Assembly (NCBI GenBank): GCA_965250175.1
Contig: CBDFNI010000009.1
Location: forward strand, 1,258,265 to 1,322,264
Direction of reading: 5' to 3'
DNA from: Planctomycetota bacterium
Lineage (GTDB): Bacteria > Planctomycetota > UBA1135 > UBA2386
Length of the DNA stretch: 64,000 nt
Below the pieces are notes generated by a model. The model was not told the DNA's origin and did not search any database. It worked only from the letters and a program-made list of their open reading frames with translations. A program made the translations under genes and the position numbers. Below are positions 1 through 8,910 of this stretch, one piece after another. Within the stretch, counting starts at the first letter, position 1, and each line of letters opens with the position of its first letter.

Positions 1-176
1 TGAGGATGCAAAGAGGTGAGAATAATTGGCCAAAACCTGATCCTTGACCAAGCCTTTGAGCCTACGTGACCCAGCCCGAATTAAGGTCAAGAATCATGGC
101 AAAACTCCGCCAATATGGGGCGGCCCAGGAATCGGATTGCAGGTCGATTCTCTGCTTTACCGAAGGGTAGGGTGCC

Positions 177-581
177 ATGCTGGATGATCCCAACCTCCTG
201 TTGCTGCCGGCCAAGCTCCTGGTCTATTGGCTGGGGATCTATCTGCTGATGCATTGCCTGCCGGGCCTGGCCAAGAAGGGGCCAGAACCCTTGCGGCTGC
301 GAACTTCGTTTTGGGCAGCGGGTCTGCGCTTCTTCCTGGGGCTGCTGTTGGGGATTCCCTTGGCCTTGGTGGCAGTCCATTTCGAGGAGTGGCTGGTGTT
401 CCTGCTCTATGCGTTGATGCGAATCCTGCTCTGGTTATTGGCCCTGCGTGCCTATCACCGCTGGTCGCCTGGCCGCACCTGGACCTTGGTCCTCAGCATG
501 ACCGCTTTGAACTTCCTTATGGATCGGTTTGTGCTGGGAGGCTGGCTTGCCCCCGTTCTGGCCAACTTCAGCATGTGTTAG
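177..581 (+). CDS. hypothetical small membrane protein
   Basis: 134-aa ORF, hydrophobic throughout with several predicted transmembrane helices; no recognisable family. Confidence 0.35.
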   Translation: MLDDPNLLLLPAKLLVYWLGIYLLMHCLPGLAKKGPEPLRLRTSFWAAGLRFFLGLLLGIPLALVAVHFEEWLVFLLYALMRILLWLLALRAYHRWSPGRTWTLVLSMTALNFLMDRFVLGGWLAPVLANFSMC

Positions 582-641
582 CCAGCAAGTAGGTGCTAGT
601 TGGCAAGCTGCGGCTAGTGCCAGGCATGGCGGGGGAGTACA

Positions 642-962
642 ATGGGTCTTTCCCCTTTTGGCAGCAATACTGGAACAAATATGGATGAACGTGAATTGAG
701 CGATTGGGTGGTCTTGACCAAGGCGCCGACGATTTTCGAAGCAGAGGTGTTGGTGGCGGTGCTGGAGGATGCGGGCATCTCGGTGCAGCATAACGAGACC
801 TTGCTGCAGGATGGTTTTGCCGCCAGTCAAAGAGCCATGGGCAATTTGGAGGTGGCCATCCGGGTGCCAGCGGCGGAAGTGGAAGCTGCCCGTGCCGCCA
901 TTGCCAAGGCCCAAAGCAAGGGCAAGTCCTTGTTGAAAGACGACCCTGAAGTTGAAAGTTGA
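642..962 (+). CDS. DUF2007-like small protein (putative signal-transducing protein fold)
   Basis: Pattern ...VVLTKAPTIFEAEVLVAVLEDAGI... matches the DUF2007 N-terminus; the true start may be the internal ATG at 681 (MDERELSDW). Confidence 0.4.
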   Translation: MGLSPFGSNTGTNMDERELSDWVVLTKAPTIFEAEVLVAVLEDAGISVQHNETLLQDGFAASQRAMGNLEVAIRVPAAEVEAARAAIAKAQSKGKSLLKDDPEVES

Positions 963-1015
963 TGGATCATTGATCCGCTGATTACCTCCCTTCTTTACTT
1001 CGCAATCTTCCTGCA

Positions 1016-1510
1016 ATGAAACTCATCAGTCCCCAATCTGCAGCGCAGAAACAAAGCCAGGGCGCCGTTCTGGTTGATGTTCGAACCAAGGGTGAATGCC
1101 GTGCCGCCTGGGTAGAAGGCTCAGAGCAACGGGAGCTCGGTTCTTTGGACCTTCAGGGTTTTTCCGGCCAGGAGGTGCTGTTGTTGTGCAAGACCGGCAG
1201 CCGCGCCAAAAAGGCGGCGGCCAGGTTTGCCGACGCTGCTCCTGAGCAGGTGCAGGTGGTGGATGGCGGGCTGGATGCCTGGGAAGCTGCTGGTCTGCCC
1301 ATCAGTCGTGGTCAGGGCAGCATGAGTCTGGAGCGTCAGGTGCGCATCGGTGCTGGTCTGTTGGTGGTGCTGGGCGTGGTGCTGGCGCTGCTGGTGAACC
1401 CATGGTTCTGGGTGCTGCCTGCCTTCGTTGGCTCGGGCCTGATCTTCGCCGGTGTCACCGACTGGTGTGGCATGGGTCTGCTGTTGGCAAGGATGCCCTG
1501 GAATCGTTAG
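1016..1510 (+). CDS. rhodanese-domain protein with C-terminal DUF2892 membrane segment (YgaP-like)
   Basis: Rhodanese active-site-like LLLCKTGSRAKKAA loop with GGLDAW, followed by two hydrophobic helices (GVTDWCGMGLLLA) typical of YgaP. Confidence 0.7.
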   Translation: MKLISPQSAAQKQSQGAVLVDVRTKGECRAAWVEGSEQRELGSLDLQGFSGQEVLLLCKTGSRAKKAAARFADAAPEQVQVVDGGLDAWEAAGLPISRGQGSMSLERQVRIGAGLLVVLGVVLALLVNPWFWVLPAFVGSGLIFAGVTDWCGMGLLLARMPWNR

Positions 1511-1615
1511 GGCTGGCCGGCCGGCTTGGATTGACTATGACTCTGGTGGTTTGACGCCGATTGCAATCTGTGTCAACATGTACAGAGTATGGTACAAGAA
1601 GCCGATGGAGGAAAC

Positions 1616-1909
1616 ATGGCCCGCAGCACTGACATCACCAGTTTTTCGGAGCATCGCCAGCACCTCAGGGAGCATTTGACGCAGGTGCGAGAAACCGGTC
1701 GACCGCTCTACGTCACGACCAACGGTGAAACGGATGCAGTGGTCTTGAGTCCAGAAGCCTTTGATGAGTTGGCGGACAAGGCTGAGCTTGCGGAGAGCCT
1801 GGCAACCATCGAACAAAGCATGAAGGACCTGCGTTCCGGTCGAGGCAAACCGTTCAAGGAAGCGATTCACCAGATTGCTGAGGAACTTGGGTTGAAGCTG
1901 GATAGATGA
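1616..1909 (+). CDS. type II antitoxin, Phd/YefM family
   Basis: Phd/YefM-like N-terminus (TDITSFSEHRQHL...GRPLYVTTNGETDAVVLSPEAFDEL); GGAGGA SD upstream of ATG 1616 (a longer ORF starts at 1589); its stop overlaps the toxin start (ATGA). Confidence 0.75.
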   Translation: MARSTDITSFSEHRQHLREHLTQVRETGRPLYVTTNGETDAVVLSPEAFDELADKAELAESLATIEQSMKDLRSGRGKPFKEAIHQIAEELGLKLDR

Positions 1910-2253
1910 CCTACGAGGTCAAGATTGCTCCGCTAGCGTTGGAGAAGTTGTACGAGCAGGCTGTCTACATTGCGAATGAACAGGGTGCGCCAGAAACCGC
2001 GGTGCGTTGGCTGCAAAGAATTCTGCAAGCTGGCGAATCACTTGCGGACATGCCTCGACGTTGTGCGTGGGCACCGGAGGATTCCTCCTGCCCCTACGAA
2101 GTGCGTTCAATGACAATTGGGCAGTTCATGCTGCTCTTTACTATCCTCGAAGAGACCAAGACCGTCTGGATTGTCAACGCAAGGCACGCTCGTCAACTTC
2201 CCCAACCTGGCGATACTCTTCCTGAACTCGACTCGCTGGAGAACGAAGAGTGA
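1906..2253 (+). CDS. type II toxin, ParE/RelE family
   Basis: 115 aa; C-terminal YEVRSMTIGQFMLLFTILEETKTVWIVNARHARQ matches the ParE/RelE core; translationally coupled to the upstream antitoxin. Confidence 0.75.
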   Translation: MTYEVKIAPLALEKLYEQAVYIANEQGAPETAVRWLQRILQAGESLADMPRRCAWAPEDSSCPYEVRSMTIGQFMLLFTILEETKTVWIVNARHARQLPQPGDTLPELDSLENEE

Positions 2254-2272
2254 GGCTTCGCAATGCGAGCGC

Positions 2273-2425
2273 ATGTTCGAACTCTTTGTGCGGGGTGAAA
2301 AACCAGCCACGGTGCGCATTGGCAGCCTGGACTTCGATGCTTGTTGTTTAGACGCACCCATCCCCAAGGGCCAAACCGTCAAGGTGCTTGAGGTTCAGAA
2401 CGGCAAGCTCTTGGTGGGTCTGTAG
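2273..2425 (+). CDS. orphan NfeD-like C-terminal OB-fold fragment (50 aa)
   Basis: MFELFVRGEKPATVRIGS...GQTVKVLEVQNGKLLVGL resembles the NfeD C-terminal beta-barrel motif; the longer ORF 2117..2425 overlaps parE and is unlikely to be real. Confidence 0.25.
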   Translation: MFELFVRGEKPATVRIGSLDFDACCLDAPIPKGQTVKVLEVQNGKLLVGL

Positions 2426-2577
2426 CACTGCACCCGGGATACCGGCGCATGGCTCGGAGGATGGAGCACAGATTTTCTGCGATTTATTCAGGTTGGAATT
2501 ATGGTCAGGAGCCCCGGACTTCGTTAACTGGTGGATGGCGGAGCAACCGCCCACTTCCTCTCCCATTGAGTGTTCCC

Positions 2578-3309
2578 ATGCGTAGACCTGGACTTTTCTC
2601 TCTTTCTCTCTTGGCCATGTTCCTCCAGGCAGCCTTTGCAGCTTTTGCATTGGCCCAGTCGCCGCTCAAAGTGACCGGCCTTCCCGAGGATGCCCCCCTC
2701 AAGATCTCTGCCACGGCAACGTCCTCTGAGATTGTGGTGGAAGTGCAAATCCAGCCGGAGTGGCACATGTATGGTCGCGACACCGGTAGTGGCCAGCCCG
2801 TGACTCTTAAGCTGGGTGATGGCGCTCACTTCGCAGCGGTGGGGTCACTGCGGGTTCCCATGAATGCGGCAGGGGAGGTCGCCGGGTCCCAACGCCTGGT
2901 CCAAGCCATCTCTCGGGTAGCGCCAGGCAATGCGGTTCAGGCCAGTCTGCGTTTCCAGGTCTGTGATGCGATGATGTGCCTCGAGCCCATGGAGATCAGT
3001 CTCAATGGAGAAGTGGCAGCGCTGAAGGTCTTGTTGGTTGTGGATGAGAAGGGAGAGCGCAGCCAACGTATCGCTGATTGGCTGGCCAAGCGTGGTTTTG
3101 CCCAGACAGTGACGACATATGCGGAGGTTTCCAGCGAGCTCTGTGATGCCAGTGACGTAGTGATCGCGGACTCCAGGCTCTTCCGTAAAGGCAAAAGAGT
3201 GGATCCAGAATCCTTCCCGCGAACAAAGACTCCGGTGGTAGCCGTGGGGCTCAACGGCACACGACTAATCGAGGCGCATGGTCTGGCCATGACCAGTGGC
3301 TACATATGA
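2578..3309 (+). CDS. secreted protein with DsbD/DsbC N-terminal-like domain plus C-terminal alpha/beta domain
   Basis: Signal peptide MRRPGLFSLSLLAMFLQAAFAAFALAQS; QPEWHMYGRDTGSGQPVTLKL resembles the DsbD-alpha (PF11412) WHxYW strand; Cys pair QVCDAMMC. Confidence 0.45.
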   Translation: MRRPGLFSLSLLAMFLQAAFAAFALAQSPLKVTGLPEDAPLKISATATSSEIVVEVQIQPEWHMYGRDTGSGQPVTLKLGDGAHFAAVGSLRVPMNAAGEVAGSQRLVQAISRVAPGNAVQASLRFQVCDAMMCLEPMEISLNGEVAALKVLLVVDEKGERSQRIADWLAKRGFAQTVTTYAEVSSELCDASDVVIADSRLFRKGKRVDPESFPRTKTPVVAVGLNGTRLIEAHGLAMTSGYI

Positions 3310-3315
3310 ATTTGT

Positions 3316-4269
3316 ATGAACCACCAGGGCCACGGGTTGGCCCTCAAACACAGCATCTTCAATCATCCCAATGCCGTCGTTTTTCCTTCCACCAAGACAC
3401 CGCGGGAAAAGCAATATGAGGACCTTACTTCGCCCCTCTATCCCGAGGGCATGGGAGAGACCTATGAAGTCGTAGATTTCGAGGTTTCAAAACCGGACGG
3501 TTGGAACCCGACCATTGTCAGCCATGAAGGTTTCTTCACCGATGTCCCAGGCTTTGAGAACCTGGCTGAGGGATGTTCGGGCAAGATGATTGGCAGCCTC
3601 TCGTTGGCTCGGCAGGGTCGTTACTTCTACTGGGGTTATTCCATTGATCCACAACGATTGACGGATCCAGCCCAGGGCACATTGGAGAATGTGATCCACT
3701 ACATGTCCAGCAAGCGGCATAGCCTCACCGTTCCCTTTGCGTGCACGACTCGCAGGTCCCTGTGGATCTATTTGGAGCTGAATCGGCGAGTGGGATACCT
3801 GCGTGGTATTGAGGAGCACTTCTTGGGCACGGTCCAGGAAGAGTCGCGGCAAGGATATGTGGCAACGCCCGAGGGTTTGAAGGCCTGGCTCGACGAAAAC
3901 CTCGCCTATGTGTTTAGCGGCAAAACACCCTCCCACAAGGGAACCAGGTACACGACGGTTTTTGAAGTCGACACCGATGCGAAGGTTCTCAAGACTCCCA
4001 ACGGGGAGCGGGCCAGCTTGGAGACCTGGATTCAACTTGCCGGGGGCGAGGACAAGGAAAAGTCCGCAACAGCCGAAGATCTGCTGGAGCGTTATGTCCA
4101 TCCCGACATTGCGCCAGCATCTGTGGATGGTCGCTGTGACTGGGCCGCCTGGTATGAGCGTAGCCGTGATCGCATTGTGTTCGTGGACTCGGCAGGCTTT
4201 TGGTGGATTGAGGACCCGCGAGTGCTCGAGCGGGAGCAGCGCCAGGCCCGCGCACTGTCTGGTCAGTAG
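3316..4269 (+). CDS. hypothetical protein
   Basis: 317-aa ORF with coding-like composition and no recognisable motifs. Confidence 0.45.
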   Translation: MNHQGHGLALKHSIFNHPNAVVFPSTKTPREKQYEDLTSPLYPEGMGETYEVVDFEVSKPDGWNPTIVSHEGFFTDVPGFENLAEGCSGKMIGSLSLARQGRYFYWGYSIDPQRLTDPAQGTLENVIHYMSSKRHSLTVPFACTTRRSLWIYLELNRRVGYLRGIEEHFLGTVQEESRQGYVATPEGLKAWLDENLAYVFSGKTPSHKGTRYTTVFEVDTDAKVLKTPNGERASLETWIQLAGGEDKEKSATAEDLLERYVHPDIAPASVDGRCDWAAWYERSRDRIVFVDSAGFWWIEDPRVLEREQRQARALSGQ

Positions 4270-4372
4270 GGCTGGTCAATAGATCTGGTAATAGGACAAG
4301 CCAGTGCACCAGTCCTTACGGATTCTACCTAGAGCTCTTTGTCTATCCCTGTGCCAAGGATAGGCTGCCCCT

Positions 4373-5431
4373 GTGATCTCGGCGGTGGTCATCAACTGGA
4401 ATGGCAGGCACTACTTGAAGGCCTGCCTCGACTCTATTGTCGCCCAGGATCCGCCGCCTGATGAGATCATCCTGGTGGACAACCACTCAGAGGATGGCTC
4501 CCGGGAATTCGTCGCCAAGGAATTCCCCCAGGTGCGCATCGTCGACACCGGCAGCAATGTGGGGCCGGCCAAGGCTCGCAACATCGGCGTCAGCCACGCC
4601 AGCCATGATCTGGTCTTGTGCATCGACAACGATGTGGTCATGCAGTCCGAAGCCCTGGCTCACATGCAACGATGCCTGGCAGCCCATGCCGACACCGCCG
4701 TGGTGCAGGCCCGCTCCGTCTGTGCCGATCGTCCCGATGTCCTGCACTACGACGGCAGCGATGTGCACTTCCTGGGACTGCTGGTCTTGCATCACTGGTT
4801 CCAACCCCTCAGCCAGGCCACCAAGCTGGACCACCCCATCGGTGGGCTGGTGGCTCTCTGTTTTCTGGTGCACAAGAAGGACTACCTGCAACTGGCCGGC
4901 TTCAACGACGCCCTCTTCATCCTCTTTGAAGACACGGACTTTGCCCTGCGCCTGCGCATGCATGGTCGGCAGATTCGCCTCTGCACCGATGCGGTGGTGC
5001 AGCACGGCGGTGGGACTGCGCACTTGTCCATGCGGCAAAAATCCGATCCCTATCCGGCGCGGCGCGTGTTCCTGCACAGTCGCAACCGTTGGTTGGTGTT
5101 GTTGACCTGCCTGCAGGCCCAGAGTCTGTTCGTCTTGTTACCCGCACAGCTGTGCTATGAACTGCTGCAGCTCTGTTTTGCCACCGCCAAGGGTCACCCT
5201 CTTGCCTGGCTCAAAGGCAAGTGGGCCTTGTTGCGTCTGCTGCCCAAGGTTCGGACCTGGCGCCGTGCTGCACAGCAAGGCCGCTGTGCCGATGACCGGG
5301 ACCTCTTGGTGGGTGGTCCCCTGACTTTGAATCCGGGGCTGGCGGCCAGCGGCGCCAAGGGTTTCTTGCATCGTTGCCTGAACGGTTTCTTTGCTGGCTA
5401 CTGGCGTCTCCTGGGGAGGTTCTGTGACTGA
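4373..5431 (+). CDS. glycosyltransferase family 2
   Basis: SAVVINWNGRHYLKACLDSI...VDNHSEDGS...CIDNDVV has the GT2 DxD architecture; GTG start. Confidence 0.8.
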   Translation: MISAVVINWNGRHYLKACLDSIVAQDPPPDEIILVDNHSEDGSREFVAKEFPQVRIVDTGSNVGPAKARNIGVSHASHDLVLCIDNDVVMQSEALAHMQRCLAAHADTAVVQARSVCADRPDVLHYDGSDVHFLGLLVLHHWFQPLSQATKLDHPIGGLVALCFLVHKKDYLQLAGFNDALFILFEDTDFALRLRMHGRQIRLCTDAVVQHGGGTAHLSMRQKSDPYPARRVFLHSRNRWLVLLTCLQAQSLFVLLPAQLCYELLQLCFATAKGHPLAWLKGKWALLRLLPKVRTWRRAAQQGRCADDRDLLVGGPLTLNPGLAASGAKGFLHRCLNGFFAGYWRLLGRFCD

Positions 5432-6368
5432 ACCTGTTGTTTCTCAGGCTGCCGTTTCCCAGCCAAAGGTTGCTGTTCTGCTACTGAATTGGCGCCAGGC
5501 ATGGCTGACCCTGCAGTGTCTGGAGGATCTGCGGGCATGCGGCCAGAGCAACATGTTGGTGCTCTGCATGGACAATGGTTCAGGCGCCAAGGATGAAGAG
5601 TTGCTGTGGCAAGAGGTGCATGGCGAGGGCGTGCAACTGCAATTGCTGCACGCCAACCTGGGCTACTGTGCTGCCATGAACCGGGGCATCGAATGGGCCG
5701 TGGACCAAGGCGCGCGCCACGTCCTGTTCCTCAACAACGATGTGCGCCTGCCCAAGGGTTTCTTGCAGCCCATGGTGCAGGCCCTGGAGAATGATACCTC
5801 CCTGGCTGGGGTGGGGCCCACCATCCTGCGGCCGGATGGCATGGTCTGGGCAGCGGGTGCCCAGATGGGGTTTTGCGCCAACCTGACTCGCTTGAGCCAA
5901 CAAGGTCAGCCGCCGGCGCCGCAGGATCAGGGTCCGTCGTTCACCCATTTTCTGCCTGGCGCCTGTGCCCTATATCGCTTGAGTGACCTACAGGCCAATG
6001 GTGGTCTGGACGAAGGCTACTTCATGTACATGGAGGATGCGGATCTGGGCAGGCGCCTATGGCAGCAACAGCGGAAGATCCTCTGGCTGCCCTGGGTGCG
6101 AGTCACCCATGCACCGGGCTCATCTTCCGGCGGTGGCCAGTCACCACTGCGTAAATACCTCATGGCCAACAACAGCCTGCGCTACCTTCGTCGTCACGGC
6201 AGCCTGAAGCTGTGGGCGGCCTTCTGGCTCATTGACTGCCTGGGTCTGCCCCTGGTCTTCTTGCGCAGTGGCTGGCAGCTGGGTATGGCCAAGGCCAAGG
6301 GCTTGCTGCATGGTTTCCAAGGCCGCCGGCCTGGGCTTGCGGCGGTGACAAAGTGGGTACGATTATGA
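5391..6368 (+). CDS. glycosyltransferase family 2
   Basis: VAVLLLNWRQ...CMDNGSGAKDE...FLNNDVRLPKGF are GT2 motifs; the start is uncertain and overlaps the upstream GT2 3' end. Confidence 0.7.
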   Translation: MLATGVSWGGSVTEPVVSQAAVSQPKVAVLLLNWRQAWLTLQCLEDLRACGQSNMLVLCMDNGSGAKDEELLWQEVHGEGVQLQLLHANLGYCAAMNRGIEWAVDQGARHVLFLNNDVRLPKGFLQPMVQALENDTSLAGVGPTILRPDGMVWAAGAQMGFCANLTRLSQQGQPPAPQDQGPSFTHFLPGACALYRLSDLQANGGLDEGYFMYMEDADLGRRLWQQQRKILWLPWVRVTHAPGSSSGGGQSPLRKYLMANNSLRYLRRHGSLKLWAAFWLIDCLGLPLVFLRSGWQLGMAKAKGLLHGFQGRRPGLAAVTKWVRL

Positions 6369-7717
6369 AGATCTGTTTGGTTCTGCACGGTTTCCCGCCT
6401 GAATTGCAGGGTGGTACTGAGAGTACGGTGGAAGCCCTGGCCTTGGCCATGCAGGAGGCAGGGCATGAAGTTCTGCTGGTCTGTGGTTCACTGCAGGGTG
6501 GTTCGCCGCAAACGGTGCAGGAGTCGGTGCACCGTGGCCTGCGGGTGCTGCGAGTGCCCCGGGACGATCTCTACTATGAGCACTGGTACAAGGCCTACCA
6601 TCCGGGCGTTGCCCAAAGCCTGCGTCAGATCTTCCAAGCCGAACAGCCGGATGTGGTGCATGTGCAGCACTGGCTACGCCTGACTTCCAATGTGGGCCGA
6701 CTGGCTCGTATGTGTGGGGCCAAGGTGGTCATCACCATGCACGACTACTTTGCCCCCCTGGCCAGGGTGGTGCGGCGCATGGGGGAAGACGAAGTGTTGC
6801 CACCGGAAGCGCCAATGGGCCTGCCGCCCTTCATGAATGATGCGGAAGTGGCGGAGGCCTTTGCCCATCATCGAGCGGACTTGCAAGATGAGTTGGCGGC
6901 GGCGCATCTCTTGCTGGCACCCAGTGCCGCCCATGCCCAGGGCCTGCAGGCCATGGCCTTGGCTGACCTGGGGCCGATCACCGTGGCAGCACCGCCCCTG
7001 TTGGCGCCGCCGACTCTACCTTCCGCAGCGACCCAGTCTGCCGCAGCGAGCCAGCCTTCTGCAGCGAGCCAACCGCGGGGCCAACGCCTGGTGACCTGGG
7101 GCGCGCTTTATCCGGACAAGGGTTTGGAGTCGGTGTTGGATGCCATGCGTGCGGTGTGGGGCGAATGGTCTCTGGATGTCTGGGGCGAGGCAGCGGACCC
7201 CAAGTATCTGGCGGAGTTGCATCGTTTGGCCCGGGGCATTGAAGTGAACTTTCACGGCGCCTTCCCCAGTGGTCAACTGCAGTCGCTGCAGGGGGACTAC
7301 GCCATCCTGCCTTCGCTCTGCCACGAGTCCTATGGTCTGGTGCTGGACGAAGCCCTGGCTCTGGGCTTGCCAGTGATTGCTTCCGACATTCCTGCCTATC
7401 GGGAACGGGGGCCGGAAGCTTCCTGCGCCTTCTATCCGGCGGGGGATGCTGCCAGCTTGACCATGCTCATGTTGGAGGAGAAGCGTCTGGCAGACCTGCA
7501 GGCGCCAGCACCGCCCAAGTTGCAGACGGCGGCGCAGGCAGCGGCGGAACTTGTGCAGTTGTATGGCGACCTGAAAGCTGATGCCGGTGCCTGGTCCGGA
7601 CCATCAGTGGATGACGAACAGCGTGCCTTGCACTTGTTCCGTCGCGCCGAGCGGCGCTTCTGGTCCATGCTACAGGCAGCGGACCCCGCCTTGCCGCCGG
7701 AAGACTACCTATCCTAG
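6365..7717 (+). CDS. glycosyltransferase family 1 (GT4-type)
   Basis: MKICLVLHGFPPELQGGTESTV... N-terminus and a C-terminal EX7E-like region (CHESYGLVLDEALALGLPVIASD); its ATG overlaps the upstream stop (ATGA). Confidence 0.8.
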   Translation: MKICLVLHGFPPELQGGTESTVEALALAMQEAGHEVLLVCGSLQGGSPQTVQESVHRGLRVLRVPRDDLYYEHWYKAYHPGVAQSLRQIFQAEQPDVVHVQHWLRLTSNVGRLARMCGAKVVITMHDYFAPLARVVRRMGEDEVLPPEAPMGLPPFMNDAEVAEAFAHHRADLQDELAAAHLLLAPSAAHAQGLQAMALADLGPITVAAPPLLAPPTLPSAATQSAAASQPSAASQPRGQRLVTWGALYPDKGLESVLDAMRAVWGEWSLDVWGEAADPKYLAELHRLARGIEVNFHGAFPSGQLQSLQGDYAILPSLCHESYGLVLDEALALGLPVIASDIPAYRERGPEASCAFYPAGDAASLTMLMLEEKRLADLQAPAPPKLQTAAQAAAELVQLYGDLKADAGAWSGPSVDDEQRALHLFRRAERRFWSMLQAADPALPPEDYLS

Positions 7718-7724
7718 CTGCTAA

Positions 7725-8819
7725 CTAGTGGTGTGATGCGCTCTGTTGGGGCATTTTCAGTGCAGCGCGTGCGCGACCGACTTTTTCGAGGATCTCGTCG
7801 GCGGCCTTGGTCCAAACAATCGGCTTCGGATCGTCGTTGTGGTTATCGATGTAGTCCATGATTGCTTTCTTGAGTTGAGGGACGCTGCGAAACGCGTCGC
7901 GCTTCAGGCGTTTTTGATCAAGATTGCGGAAAAACCCCTCCACGATATTGAGCCACGAGCTGCTTGTCGGGATGAAGTGCATGTGGAATCGCGGATGGCG
8001 CTTCAGCCACCGCTTAACCTTCTCATGCTTGTGTGTGGCGTAGTTGTCGGCGATGACGTGCAGATCGAGTTCAGCTGGAGTTTGCTCGTCGATCATTCTC
8101 AGGAACTTGATCCACTCCTGATGTCGATGTCGCTTCATGCAGGTTGCGATCACTTCGCCGTGACCCAACTCGATCGCGGCGAACAAGGTGGTTGTTCCGT
8201 TCCTCTTGTAGTCATGAGTCATCGTGCCGCATCGGCCCTTGACCAGTGGAAGGCTCTTCTGGGTCCGATCGAGAGCCTGAATTGACGTCTTTTCGTCCGC
8301 GCTAAAGACGAGTGCATTCTCGGGTGGATTCAGGTAGAGACCTACCACATCGCGCAGCTTCTCTTCGAACCGAGAATCGTTGCTGACCTTGAACGTCTTC
8401 ACCAAGTGAGGTTTCAGACCGTTGGCCTTCCATGTGCGGTGGACCATCGACTGCGTGATTCCCATCTCCTCTGCAAGGAGTCGCGTGCTCCAGTGTGTCG
8501 CGTTCGCGGGGATCTCTTGCGTAGTCATGCGGATGATCTCACTCTCAACTTCCTCGTTCGCACGGGGACGACCTCCCCGAGGAAGGTCCTTCTCTATACC
8601 AGTGAGGCGATGCTCGCTGAAGCGGTTTCGCCAACGCCCCACAGTGTGTCGCTTGACCCTCATCTCCTCAGCTATATCCGCATTCGAGTAGCCATCAGCG
8701 GCAAGAAGGATCATTCGGGCTCGCTGAGCTTGCCTCACCGAAATTCTCCGACTGCGTGACCAATTCGTCAGGGTGCTTCGCTCGCTCTTGGTAAGTTGAA
8801 TCTCTACTGCAACGCGCAT
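7725..8819 (-). CDS. IS630-family DDE transposase
   Basis: HTH N-terminus and the ...[15 protein letters not shown]...[13 protein letters not shown]... catalytic region; the stop lies within the terminal IR. Confidence 0.85.
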   Translation of the reverse strand: MRVAVEIQLTKSERSTLTNWSRSRRISVRQAQRARMILLAADGYSNADIAEEMRVKRHTVGRWRNRFSEHRLTGIEKDLPRGGRPRANEEVESEIIRMTTQEIPANATHWSTRLLAEEMGITQSMVHRTWKANGLKPHLVKTFKVSNDSRFEEKLRDVVGLYLNPPENALVFSADEKTSIQALDRTQKSLPLVKGRCGTMTHDYKRNGTTTLFAAIELGHGEVIATCMKRHRHQEWIKFLRMIDEQTPAELDLHVIADNYATHKHEKVKRWLKRHPRFHMHFIPTSSSWLNIVEGFFRNLDQKRLKRDAFRSVPQLKKAIMDYIDNHNDDPKPIVWTKAADEILEKVGRARAALKMPQQSASHH

Positions 8820-8900
8820 CGTCTTGCCTCCAACGATACCTACGCACCGCAAGCGTAGGGAGGCTTAATATAAAGGCCTACTAATTCTGCGTCATACCAC
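7728..8900 (-). mobile_element. IS630-family insertion sequence (~1.17 kb)
   Basis: Imperfect terminal IRs GCGCATCACACCACTA / GCGTCATACCACTA flanked by TA dinucleotides (7726-27 and 8901-02); contains a DDE transposase with the DNYATHK motif. Confidence 0.8.
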
Positions 8901-8910
8901 TAGGTGCAGG

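Noticed and set aside
87-380. 97-aa minus-strand ORF
   Set aside because: Antisense to and overlapping the better-supported membrane-protein ORF 177..581; Q/P-rich, with GC-rich non-coding composition.
2117-2272. N-terminal 52 codons of ORF 2117..2425
   Set aside because: Overlaps the parE toxin gene in another frame; only the C-terminal 50-aa NfeD-like piece after parE was retained, at low confidence.
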